Positions 25,761 through 34,139 of a DNA stretch of 39,341 bases are shown here, piece after piece. The position numbers and the translations under genes were made by a program. Source of the stretch: a virus; the IMG/VR virus record IMGVR_UViG_3300027898_000005, positions 1 through 39,341 of that record; one strand, given 5' to 3'. How positions within the stretch are numbered: position 1 is the first letter of the stretch; every line of letters begins with the position of its first letter. Below the pieces are notes generated by a model that worked only from the letters and a program-made list of their open reading frames with translations, had not been told where the DNA came from and did no database searches.

Positions 25761-27885
25761 ATCTCTCGTCCTCCCATGTGGATGCAGTGAGCGGCAATCC
25801 TTCGGCCCAAGCCGGTTTGTGGCTCATTATGGTTTTGAAATCGGCGGCGTTCCACTTCGGTAGCTTCGCCACCTCTGTGAGCAGCTCGTCGTGAACGGTG
25901 AGGATGACTGGATACCCTGCCTCCTCGGCTTTGAACGCCGAGTGCACGATGAGATCCCGCGCAGTGCCTTGAACGACATGGTTGCACTGCTCGCCGCCGT
26001 AGAGGGTCTGCTCGCACCATTGCTTCGTCATCGGATCCTGCCCCTGATACGCCACGACATTCTTTGTCGTCTTGCGTCCTCCGTGCGTGCTGATCACACG
26101 TTTGATCCGAGGCGCGGCATAGGCCAGCACGCGCTTCGAGGGGAGCGAGCAGAACAGATACCCATTCACGGCGCGATAGCGGACGAGGCCGCGATACTGC
26201 GGCACGAGAACCGTCTGACCTGGATTTGCCGTCGCCTCCACCGCTGCGTCTTGCAAATCCCACCAGCCCTGAACGATGCAGGGGTGGCCGGAGCGCCAGC
26301 CGTCCACGACGATCTTGATACCCGTCCATGTGTCAGGAGCAAGCCCGCGACTATCCGCCGCGCTATAGCGGGCAAACGTTGCCCCCCACTCCGCCGGATC
26401 GGTCGCCTTGCGCGCCACCTCGGCCACCCATTCAGGCTTGATGAAATAGTTTCCGGCCATGTTGACGTAAGCGCCAGGGCCGCCCTGATAGCCAAGCGCC
26501 AGCTCCTGCACCTTGCCGATCTGTCGGCCCGACTTATCCACATCTTTTACGGCGACGCCAAAGGATCGGGCGTAGGCCAGCTTATAGAGATCTTCGCCCA
26601 CTCCGGCGTCATAGGCGCGGAAGGCTTCGATCTTCCAGTGCTCGCCGGCCAGCCACGCATTGACGCGGCCTTCGATGTTCGAGAAATCGCCGCCGACGTA
26701 TTTCATGCCTTGCGGGGCGATGAACATGGCGCGCAGGCATTTCGAGAGCGTGGTCATCGGCTCCTCCACCAGCATGCTGATGGCGTCGATCAGCTCGTTA
26801 GGCTTGATCGAGGAGGTGTTGAGCACTTCGATAACCCGCATCACGTCCGGCAGATCCCGATCCGCATCGACGCGGGGAAAGTTCTGCGGCTGCGCGCCGC
26901 GACCAGCCCATCGGCCTGTGCTCGCGCCATGATAGTTCAGCATGCCACGCACGCGCCCATCCTTATTCACCGACGCCAGCAGCGCCGAGAACTTTGCGGT
27001 GGATGCTTTGGCCGCGCTGCGGCGCAGCCGGATGACCTCCTCCGCCGTCTCATCGGACTGGATCTGCGCCGAAAGAATAATATCCTCCACCTCGCCTTTA
27101 CGCACCGAGGTGCAGGCGACACCGCGCGAGTTGAGCCAGTCCACCAGCTTCTGCGTCTGCATACAGGTCTGCACTTCGCCGTCGGTGAGCCACCACATAC
27201 GCTCGTCGGCCTGTTTCTTTGCGGCCTTAACGGCGATGAGGGCGCGTTGCACAGAGCGCTCGTCAATCATCACGCCGCGATCATTGATGCGCTGGTCAAG
27301 CCGCCAGACATTCTCCTCTGCGGAGGTGAGCAGCGGCAGTCCGGCGTCAACCTCGATCTCGGCGCGCACGTCGGCCTCGCAGTATTCCATCAAACGCTTG
27401 ATATTATCCCATCCACCAAGCCACTCGATCTTGCCGTCTGGATGCACAAACTTGGGCTTGCACATTTTGAGCATCAGCTTCGAGCCTTCCATGTCCTTAT
27501 TGGCGATGCAGCCAAGCACATGGGTGAGGGTTTCGAGGCGCTGCGGCAGCGCCAATGCGGCGGCGCGGGCCATCGTGCATATCTGCTGCCGGATCCGCAG
27601 CTTCGGCCAGCCGCGCGGCACGAATTTTTCATTCCATATCGTCCGCTCGAAGGCGGCATTGTGCGCCACCACCTTGCCGTCCTGCGCGATCCATTCCAGC
27701 AGTATCTCTGGATCGCTGTCACCTTCTACCCATGTCTGCCAGACAGGGGAGGGATCCCCCGTCTCGCAGATCGTCCAGCAAAAGCCCCATGCTGCGGTGC
27801 TTTCATCTTCGGCATAGCGATATAAGCCCGAACGTTTCAAGTCCACGGCGGATCGGGTTTCAAAATCTAAATGCGCTGCGAGCAT
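25750..27885 (-). CDS. Family A DNA polymerase with 3'-5' exonuclease domain
   Basis: Exo I HLDFETRS. Motif A VGGDFSNIEGRV. Motif B RQIGKVQELALGYQGG. Motif C LTVHDELLTEV. AGGAA RBS. Confidence 0.9.
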   Translation of the reverse strand: MLAAHLDFETRSAVDLKRSGLYRYAEDESTAAWGFCWTICETGDPSPVWQTWVEGDSDPEILLEWIAQDGKVVAHNAAFERTIWNEKFVPRGWPKLRIRQQICTMARAAALALPQRLETLTHVLGCIANKDMEGSKLMLKMCKPKFVHPDGKIEWLGGWDNIKRLMEYCEADVRAEIEVDAGLPLLTSAEENVWRLDQRINDRGVMIDERSVQRALIAVKAAKKQADERMWWLTDGEVQTCMQTQKLVDWLNSRGVACTSVRKGEVEDIILSAQIQSDETAEEVIRLRRSAAKASTAKFSALLASVNKDGRVRGMLNYHGASTGRWAGRGAQPQNFPRVDADRDLPDVMRVIEVLNTSSIKPNELIDAISMLVEEPMTTLSKCLRAMFIAPQGMKYVGGDFSNIEGRVNAWLAGEHWKIEAFRAYDAGVGEDLYKLAYARSFGVAVKDVDKSGRQIGKVQELALGYQGGPGAYVNMAGNYFIKPEWVAEVARKATDPAEWGATFARYSAADSRGLAPDTWTGIKIVVDGWRSGHPCIVQGWWDLQDAAVEATANPGQTVLVPQYRGLVRYRAVNGYLFCSLPSKRVLAYAAPRIKRVISTHGGRKTTKNVVAYQGQDPMTKQWCEQTLYGGEQCNHVVQGTARDLIVHSAFKAEEAGYPVILTVHDELLTEVAKLPKWNAADFKTIMSHKPAWAEGLPLTASTWEDERYVK

Positions 27886-27897
27886 GGGTTTCCTGAC

Positions 27898-28524
27898 TTA
27901 GCTAAACGGATCGAAACTGTTGTCGGTCTGCGCGATTTTGATACCGGCAAACTCTTTGTTGACGTCCACCGATCCGCCACCGAGGTTCTTGTCGTCGGCA
28001 AACATCATCACTGCCTGCAAGCCGAAGCTGACACCTTTCTTGGCTTTCTTCTCGAAGGCGAAGGGGCGAATGGACACCAAAGCCCACGCACCAGGATACG
28101 CCTTCGCCGCGTCGATCACCGGCACCGACCGGCTATCCACCACCGGAGGCTGGCGCTCCGCAGACGCGGTGATAAAGATCGCACCGCTTTGGTATCCCTC
28201 GAAGTGCAGCTTTTCGGCCTGATCGCGGAACGGCGAATGCAGCCGTGGGCCGCCCTCCGTTCCGGCATTCGGCCACTTCTCTTTCGCCGTGCGCGCCGCT
28301 TCGGCCCGCAGCACCGAGAGATCGGCACCGAAGGGGAAAAGCAACGTCAAGGCGTATTTGGCCTTGCCGCCATCCTCCATCGGGGGCTGTTTTTCAAACA
28401 GATAAGGGAAGGACAGCCGCACCGGACAGGTGAGAATGTTTCCGCTTTCCAGCACGCGGCACGGGTTAAGCCGCATCGCATTCTCGATCCACTCACGCGG
28501 CATATTGCTCGATACATCACTCAT
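27898..28524 (-). CDS. DUF2815-like protein, putative ssDNA-binding protein (T7 gp2.5-like)
   Basis: LTCPVRLSFPYLFEKQ and an acidic C-terminal tail (DNSFDPFS). Classic neighbourhood with the DUF2800 nuclease and PolA. GGAG RBS before ATG 28524. ATG 28536 is an alternative start. Confidence 0.65.
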   Translation of the reverse strand: MSDVSSNMPREWIENAMRLNPCRVLESGNILTCPVRLSFPYLFEKQPPMEDGGKAKYALTLLFPFGADLSVLRAEAARTAKEKWPNAGTEGGPRLHSPFRDQAEKLHFEGYQSGAIFITASAERQPPVVDSRSVPVIDAAKAYPGAWALVSIRPFAFEKKAKKGVSFGLQAVMMFADDKNLGGGSVDVNKEFAGIKIAQTDNSFDPFS

Positions 28525-28535
28525 ATTCGTCTCCA

Positions 28536-29849
28536 TCAATCGGCGGCAGGGATGGCAACGGACGCGAAGTCCGCCGTGACAGCGTTAGCCGCAGGTCGCT
28601 TGTCACTGGCCGGAGCAAGTGTGCGCCCCGAACTTTCCTTGATTGTGTATTTCAGCGCGTAGTCCTCGATCAAAGAGGCCCGCACTTTCTTGTCCTGCAC
28701 GGTGGCTTTGATCAGCCGCTCCGCATCGGTGATCGTCAGCAGCTCGCGCGGCGTAACCGCATCTTCGTCAGCGTCAAGCGCCAGCATCAAAAATGCCGCT
28801 GCCTCGTCTTTGTTGCCGAGATACTTTCGCCGCGCCATCTTATCCACCAGCTTCCAACCAGGGATCCCGACGCCACTCTCCGCCAGCTCCAGCGCATGCT
28901 TTTCCACCGCGCTAAACCAAGCGTCGAGAATATCTTTGGCGTGAAGGATCTTGCCAAGCCGTTCCGTGTCGATCGAACTCGGCGCGGGCAAGGTTTTCGC
29001 GGTGACTTCCGCCACGTCTTTGAAGTCCAGCGCCGCGAGCTTAAACGCATTATTCTGTGACGCCGTGCAGATGGCCGCCGCAGGGCAGAATTTACACCAA
29101 TCGCCTGCCACCAGCGGTAGTTCATTCGCGTCTGCAATAACCCCTTGCTCCAGCGCCATCGCGCAGCTCTCCGCATCCGCGATAGCCTTGTCCACGTCTG
29201 CCGGAAAGTCCAGCAGCTCAAGCACTGGCATCGACCAAGGCCGCACGCCGTCAGAGGATCCGGCGTCGAAAGCGCGAGGCTGAACGATAAACAGCTCCAC
29301 CTCCTCGATAAGCCAGTCCGCATGGGACAGAGCGCCGCCGCAGGCATAAAACTTGAGCTGCGCGTTATCCTCCGACCGGACGCTGACGCCTGCGCCATAC
29401 TTAAGATCGAACACCGCGAGCCGCTTACGCGATGGTGTGTAAACCATCGCATCATTTGTGCCGAACACGGATCCGTTCGGCGCGCTATCGACGTGCAGCT
29501 CAAAATGCTGCTCGACATAAAGCTCGGCGTCCGGCGCTTTGCCAAGCTCATCATACACCGCATCGAGATACGTGTTGATGTAGCCTGCCATCGCCTCGGT
29601 GAGCGGCTGCTCTTTGCCCTTCTCTTCCGGCAGCACCATGCCAATATGGATCTTGGCGTCGGTGCAACCCTCGCGGAGGCAATACTCCGCGAAGGCGTGG
29701 GCCAAAGTGCCCTCTGCCGCAGCGGCAGAGGTAGGCCGACGCGGAACCTGACGGCATAAAGCCGTCGATCCCGCGCAGTTCATCCACCGAGAGGCGGAGG
29801 ATCCCCCGTATTCCGAGTGGGGGCGCTCGGTTACGGCGGGGCCGGTCAT
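28536..29849 (-). CDS. DUF2800-like PD-(D/E)XK (Cas4-like) nuclease
   Basis: N-terminal GGSSASRWMNCAGS. VFDLKYG (D-x-K core). C-terminal Cys cluster CKFCPAAAIC. ATGA coupling with the upstream gene. Confidence 0.7.
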   Translation of the reverse strand: MTGPAVTERPHSEYGGSSASRWMNCAGSTALCRQVPRRPTSAAAAEGTLAHAFAEYCLREGCTDAKIHIGMVLPEEKGKEQPLTEAMAGYINTYLDAVYDELGKAPDAELYVEQHFELHVDSAPNGSVFGTNDAMVYTPSRKRLAVFDLKYGAGVSVRSEDNAQLKFYACGGALSHADWLIEEVELFIVQPRAFDAGSSDGVRPWSMPVLELLDFPADVDKAIADAESCAMALEQGVIADANELPLVAGDWCKFCPAAAICTASQNNAFKLAALDFKDVAEVTAKTLPAPSSIDTERLGKILHAKDILDAWFSAVEKHALELAESGVGIPGWKLVDKMARRKYLGNKDEAAAFLMLALDADEDAVTPRELLTITDAERLIKATVQDKKVRASLIEDYALKYTIKESSGRTLAPASDKRPAANAVTADFASVAIPAAD

Positions 29850-30358
29850 TGGAGCGCTTTCTGCACCAGCTCGATAAATTCACCCAGGCGCTCCGCCGGA
29901 ACTTCCGAGATCTTGCCGGTGTTGAAGTGCTGTTTCATCAGCGCCTGCGCGGCCAACGGGCCTTTTTTGCTCATCAAATCTTTGAGCACATTCTTCGCGG
30001 CTTCGAGATCTGCGCCTGCGACGGGAGCTGCGGCCTTCGGCTGCTCTTTCGGAGCTTCTGGCGCGGCGAAAGGATCAGCGGCTGCGGCCTTCGGCTCGTC
30101 TTTGGCGACGACGGTTTCGGTCGCTTTCGGATCCTCTTTCGGAGCTTCCGTCTGCGCAGCCGCGCGGCTGCGGGTGGCCCGCGCTGCGGCCTTTGGCGCG
30201 TCATCCGCGACCGGCGCGCTGCGCTCATCTGCTGCGGTCGCCGCCGCTGCGAGGATCGTTTCGCCGGTGTTCGAGCCGAGCGCCATACCAAGCGCGCGGA
30301 TGGTTGTTACCAGATCCGCCGAGCTTTCGGCGTTAATACGCAATTCAATCTGTGCCAT
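29846..30358 (-). CDS. Hypothetical protein with Ala/Pro/Lys-rich disordered linker
   Basis: GGAGAA RBS 8 nt before ATG 30358. Repeated PKE(D/Q)PKA-like linker between two folded-looking ends. ORF-track GTG 30388 lies inside the promoter palindrome, so it was trimmed. Confidence 0.55.
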   Translation of the reverse strand: MAQIELRINAESSADLVTTIRALGMALGSNTGETILAAAATAADERSAPVADDAPKAAARATRSRAAAQTEAPKEDPKATETVVAKDEPKAAAADPFAAPEAPKEQPKAAAPVAGADLEAAKNVLKDLMSKKGPLAAQALMKQHFNTGKISEVPAERLGEFIELVQKALQ

Positions 30359-30389
30359 TTTGATGTTCTCCGAGTTACTGTCCTGCACA

Positions 30390-30425
30390 GTATAACAAGT
30401 TATACAAGGCGCAGCAGGAAGTCAA
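30390..30425 (-). promoter_or_regulatory. Sigma70-like promoter with overlapping 16-bp palindromic operator
   Basis: On the - strand: TTGACT (30425-30420), 15 nt, TATAAC (30404-30399). GTATAAC-AA-GTTATAC has perfect 7-bp arms at 30390-30405. Lies in the 53-nt gap between two - strand genes. The 15-nt spacer is short. Confidence 0.45.
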
Positions 30426-30441
30426 GCGCCATGAATGCAAA

Positions 30442-30726
30442 TCAGCAGATGTTTGAGTGCACAGCGTAGTCGCCGCCCAGCACCGCTAGAACCGAAGGCG
30501 TCAAAAGCACGCCTTGTTCATGCAGCGTCTCCAGCAAGCGTCCCACCATCCGTGTCAACGCGGCGCTCTGCGCGAGCGCAAGTGCCGCCACGCCCTCCGC
30601 GTCGTCCGGCGCGCTCTCGTAGGTTTTTGGCAATATTTCGTTCGCCACGGCCTCTGCGATACTGAATGTGTCGGTTAGCGGGCCTTCCCCATAATGCGTG
30701 AGCGCCCATTTCTTGCATAGCTTCAT
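30442..30726 (-). CDS. Hypothetical protein
   Basis: GGGAG RBS inside the SNF2 3' end. ATG lies 3 nt after the SNF2 stop. 94 aa. Confidence 0.55.
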   Translation of the reverse strand: MKLCKKWALTHYGEGPLTDTFSIAEAVANEILPKTYESAPDDAEGVAALALAQSAALTRMVGRLLETLHEQGVLLTPSVLAVLGGDYAVHSNIC

Positions 30727-30729
30727 GGC

Positions 30730-32061
30730 CTAGCTCCCTTGAATGCGAATAATGTTCGAGGTTTTTGTCGCCACCACTTCGGCCACCGTCTCGTCGATAG
30801 AGCCGGCGAGCGAGATAAATCGCGCGTGGCACTCCCGCGTCTGGCCGATGCGGTGGATCCGCATTAAGGCCTGCGCGTTATCGGCTGGCGACCATGCCTG
30901 CTCCAGCATGTCGAGCCGCGAAGCCGCTGTCAGTGTCAGGCCGGTGCCTGCCGCCTTCACGTTGCCGACGAACACGCGGCAGCGCGCATCGTTCTGGAAA
31001 GATTGCACTGCGTCTTTACGGTCGTTCTCCGACGTGTCGCCGGTGATCGCCACCGGATTGAAACCCTGCGCCGTCAGCTCGTCGAACACAATGTGCAGCG
31101 CGTGGCGATGGATCCCGAAAATCACCACCTTGTCCAGTCCGGCGTGCAGCTCCTCTGCCACCAGCTTGGCATATGCGGGGGCTTTCGCCTCCCCGACAAG
31201 CCGCCGCAGCGTGGCAATATGCTGCGCTTCCAGAAAGGATAAGCCGCCCTGCTCGACGGCTTGGATAACGGCGTCCTCCAGCCCAGGGTAATCGCGCAGC
31301 AGATCGCGGATCTCGCGGGTATCGCCGTCAACCGTGCTGGTTGTGATCCAGATCGGCGGAAGATGTATCCCTGCTTCGGCTTTCGTGCGGCGAAGTGACA
31401 CAGCGCGGATGCACTGTTTCAGCTCGGCCAGCATCTCCTCGCGCGGGGTTTGACGGGACGAGAATGTGCCCATCCGCGACTTGAAATAGCGCCGCGTAAA
31501 CGCAGGAAGCGAAAGTGCGGTGCCACCTGCGAAGTGCAGGAACGACCAGACGTCCACTGGATCATTCGGCATAGGCGTGCCGGACAGAAACCACGTCCGC
31601 GCCGCCCATGACGCCAGCGAGTTTTTACCGTCGCAGTCTTTGCCGAGCATTGCTCGCGTGCGCTGGCTCTCCGGCCCCTTGAGATAATGGCTCTCGTCGA
31701 AAATCAGCGCGTCGATGATCTCACCTTGGATCCGATCCTGCCAGCGCGTCGCCATCTCGTAGGAGGTGAGCAGCACATCGGCTTTGCCTTTAAGCCAATA
31801 ACCAAGGTCATGGATCGTTTTACCTTTGATGATCCGGCGCTGCGTCCGCGAGAATTTTTTAAACTCGCCGGCCCAAACCTCCCGCACCGCCGCAGGCGCG
31901 ACGACGATAGCCCGCTCGGCCCCGATGCGATCCAGTGCGCCGATGGCCTGCGCCGTCTTGCCCACGCCCATGTCATCAAACAAGCCGGTGCGCTCGCGCT
32001 CTGCGAGGTGTGCAGCGCCTTCGTGCTGATAATCGAGTAAGGGGAGCGGGTATTGGCTCAT
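30730..32061 (-). CDS. SNF2-family helicase/ATPase
   Basis: Motif I DDMGVGKTAQAI. Motif II LIFDESHYLKG. Motif III LSGTPMPN. Motifs V/VI AAGTGLTLT and RIHRIGQ. Confidence 0.85.
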   Translation of the reverse strand: MSQYPLPLLDYQHEGAAHLAERERTGLFDDMGVGKTAQAIGALDRIGAERAIVVAPAAVREVWAGEFKKFSRTQRRIIKGKTIHDLGYWLKGKADVLLTSYEMATRWQDRIQGEIIDALIFDESHYLKGPESQRTRAMLGKDCDGKNSLASWAARTWFLSGTPMPNDPVDVWSFLHFAGGTALSLPAFTRRYFKSRMGTFSSRQTPREEMLAELKQCIRAVSLRRTKAEAGIHLPPIWITTSTVDGDTREIRDLLRDYPGLEDAVIQAVEQGGLSFLEAQHIATLRRLVGEAKAPAYAKLVAEELHAGLDKVVIFGIHRHALHIVFDELTAQGFNPVAITGDTSENDRKDAVQSFQNDARCRVFVGNVKAAGTGLTLTAASRLDMLEQAWSPADNAQALMRIHRIGQTRECHARFISLAGSIDETVAEVVATKTSNIIRIQGS

Positions 32062-32273
32062 GAGGCTTTCGGAAGTTCAGGGACTTGCACCAGCACGGTG
32101 CCATAGGTCGCCAGATCCGCGAGCACTTTGTCCGTGGCTTCGCGGCCATACATTAATACGTGCGCCTGATATGCGTCGATCTTGCCTTCACCCAAGGCTT
32201 TGAGGATCCGATCCACGTAGGCGCGGGTAAAGTAGCGCTTGAATTGCAGCTCGTAAGGCTCCGGCGCGTTCAT
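32058..32273 (-). CDS. Hypothetical protein
   Basis: ATGA coupling at both ends (32270-32273 and 32058-32061). 71 aa. Confidence 0.5.
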   Translation of the reverse strand: MNAPEPYELQFKRYFTRAYVDRILKALGEGKIDAYQAHVLMYGREATDKVLADLATYGTVLVQVPELPKAS

Positions 32274-32707
32274 GGTCTATCATCCTCTCCAATGCCGCGA
32301 ATTTCATAGGCGATCAGGAACAGCACACAGCATCCGGCGTGCCACAAATGTGAATAGCCTGTCTCCTCATCCGGCCCCTTGCGCTCCCACCAGTCTGTCA
32401 AGTGGCGCATGGCAGCCGAGAACAACCGCGAGCGCGCCATCCCTTTTTCCCAGTTCCGGTCGCCGTATTTTTGCGCGCCGAATAGCAGCACTTGCGCGAT
32501 GACCTTGAGGGCGTCGAAGGGAAGTAGGTGCATCGGCAGCTTCGCCTCGTCATGCTTGACGCCTTCGCCTAAAGCCCGCATCGCAGGCTCCAACGGATGC
32601 GCCGCTGCCGCGCGATTTAGCCGCTCAAACGCCTCCTCCCGCACCTCGACCGGCCACTTAAGCCCTTGTTGTTTGTCGCCACACCTTTGCTTTTCTTCGT
32701 CCGTCAT
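32270..32707 (-). CDS. dATP/dGTP diphosphohydrolase-like protein (MazZ N-terminal domain family, former DUF5664)
   Basis: KHDEAKLPMHLLPFDALKVIAQVLLFGAQKYGDRNWEKGMARSRLFSAAMRHLTDWWERKGPDEETGYSHLWHAGCCVLFL matches my recollection of the family signature (K.P..L.P..A....A.VL.FGA.KY...NW..G...S....A..RH...W..G...DEE.G..HL.HA). No alignment was run. Confidence 0.6.
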   Translation of the reverse strand: MTDEEKQRCGDKQQGLKWPVEVREEAFERLNRAAAAHPLEPAMRALGEGVKHDEAKLPMHLLPFDALKVIAQVLLFGAQKYGDRNWEKGMARSRLFSAAMRHLTDWWERKGPDEETGYSHLWHAGCCVLFLIAYEIRGIGEDDRP

Positions 32708-32729
32708 ATCCTATCCTCTGTGCTAAGGA

Positions 32730-32755
32730 ATGTGGCGAAGCGCGCCGCGCCACAT
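32730..32755 (-). promoter_or_regulatory. Intercistronic stem-loop
   Basis: ATGTGGCG / CGCCACAT 8-bp stem with a 10-nt loop, in the 67-nt gap between 32775-33101 and 32270-32707. No U-tract. Confidence 0.4.
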
Positions 32756-32774
32756 AGGCTTAAAACAGCGGCGA

Positions 32775-33101
32775 TCAGGTGCCGGAGGCTTGGCCTTCCA
32801 GCGGCTTTGCGCCTTCAACATTCGGCAAAGGCTCCTGCTGCGCTGGAATACCGGCAGGGGTTGTGGTGCCGAGCAATTCAGCGGCAGCCTTCGCATCGTT
32901 TGCTGTCTTGCTCAACAGATCCAGCGCATCCACAATCGCCGGATTTGCCTGCGGATCCGTCAGCGCCGCTTTGAGCGCGATGGCGTCCAGCGAAGTGATA
33001 AACTCCGCCGCGCGTCCCGTCGCGTAGCTCTGCGCTTCGGCCATCGTGGCATACATGCTGCCATCCGGCGCTTTGAACATGGTTACTTGCTCGAATTTCA
33101 T
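32775..33101 (-). CDS. Hypothetical protein
   Basis: ATGA overlap with the RuvC-like stop (33098-33101) supports ATG 33101 rather than the longer ORF-track start. 108 aa. Confidence 0.55.
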   Translation of the reverse strand: MKFEQVTMFKAPDGSMYATMAEAQSYATGRAAEFITSLDAIALKAALTDPQANPAIVDALDLLSKTANDAKAAAELLGTTTPAGIPAQQEPLPNVEGAKPLEGQASGT

Positions 33102-33631
33102 TTTCCGCTCCTTGCAAATCGCGCCCCGTAAAGCGCAAGCATCGCCGCCTCTGCCCTGCCGAGCCGGACTTCCGATCCGGCAGAGAGGTGGCCCCTCGCC
33201 CATAAATGGGCGTGAGTTGGTATTAGGGCATTCGCCCGCTCGCGTATAGCGTCAGGGACAGAAGAAACCTTCATGGCGATCTTCCATTCCTGCGGTCTTG
33301 TCGCCTCCACGCGGTATCCCAAAGCCAGCGCAGCGCCGTGGATGATCCATGTTGCGGCACCGAAATTGAAAGCCGCAGGCGCGGACTGGCCTGGGAGGCC
33401 ACCCACCTTCTCGATCACCAGCAGCTCGGCTCCGAGATTGCGCCATACCTCCAGCAGTGCCACCAGCTCCAGCGCGTTGACGACCGTGCGGGACGCCTGT
33501 TTGCCTTTGCTGTTTTTTGAGGCTTTGGCCTCTGCCAGCACCGGCATGTCCTGCACGTCCATCTCGCCGGTTTGCGTGTTGTAAAACGCCAGCGCGCCTG
33601 TGAGGCCTGGATCTACGGCGACGAGGATCAT
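33098..33631 (-). CDS. RuvC-like Holliday junction resolvase
   Basis: N-terminal MILVAVDPGLTGALAF (catalytic Asp in the I.AxDPG context) and LLVIEKV (Glu). Size 177 aa. Confidence 0.7.
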   Translation of the reverse strand: MILVAVDPGLTGALAFYNTQTGEMDVQDMPVLAEAKASKNSKGKQASRTVVNALELVALLEVWRNLGAELLVIEKVGGLPGQSAPAAFNFGAATWIIHGAALALGYRVEATRPQEWKIAMKVSSVPDAIRERANALIPTHAHLWARGHLSAGSEVRLGRAEAAMLALYGARFARSGK

Positions 33632-33894
33632 TCGTGCACCACCGTGCCGTTCAGCTCGACGATCCGCCAGCCCGCGAAAACGCCGCCGCGGTAAATTGGC
33701 TCCGGCTTAAAGGTGGCGATCAATCGCCGTTCCATGCCTAGGGTCTTGCCCATGCGCCGAGCCGGTATTCGCGCCATTGCCGGCTCGACCGGAACGAACC
33801 ATTGCAGAGGGCCGCAATTCGAGAAATCCCAAGTGTATCGGCTCTTGCAATAATCTGCCCACGCTGCTTTGGCTTGTTCCGGTGTGAGCGTCAC
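33628..33894 (-). CDS. Hypothetical protein
   Basis: GTGA start/stop coupling at 33891-33894 suggests a GTG start (VTLTPEQAKAAW...). The longer ORF-track start would overlap the upstream gene by 136 nt. Confidence 0.4.
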   Translation of the reverse strand: MTLTPEQAKAAWADYCKSRYTWDFSNCGPLQWFVPVEPAMARIPARRMGKTLGMERRLIATFKPEPIYRGGVFAGWRIVELNGTVVHE

Positions 33895-34139
33895 TTCGGC
33901 GCTCCTATTGCCAGCGCGGCGCAAACGACGTTGAAGTGGATCAGCGGTAGCGCCGTTGAAGCGCGCAGCGCAGAGCGCAGCAAACGCTCTGGATGCCTCG
34001 CCGCTGCGGCGTTGCGCTCGGCCCACATCGCTGCGGCGACCAGTGGCGCGATGCTTTGGGCAGCTATCCGGCGCGCGGCGGCGCGGTAAAGCTCATCCAA
34101 GGCCGTGAGCGTTTCCGGCGATTTGTAAACCTCTGTCAT
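33891..34139 (-). CDS. Hypothetical protein
   Basis: ATGA coupling with the methyltransferase-like stop (34136-34139). GGGGAG RBS. 82 aa. Confidence 0.5.
   Translation of the reverse strand: MTEVYKSPETLTALDELYRAAARRIAAQSIAPLVAAAMWAERNAAAARHPERLLRSALRASTALPLIHFNVVCAALAIGAPK

Noticed and set aside
32270-32707. Full 2-aminoadenine (Z-genome) biosynthesis cluster implied by the MazZ-like gene.
   Set aside because: No PurZ-like (adenylosuccinate synthetase-like, about 340 aa) or HD-domain DatZ-like ORF was recognised anywhere in the window. The remaining unassigned ORFs are too small. The MazZ-like gene is reported alone.
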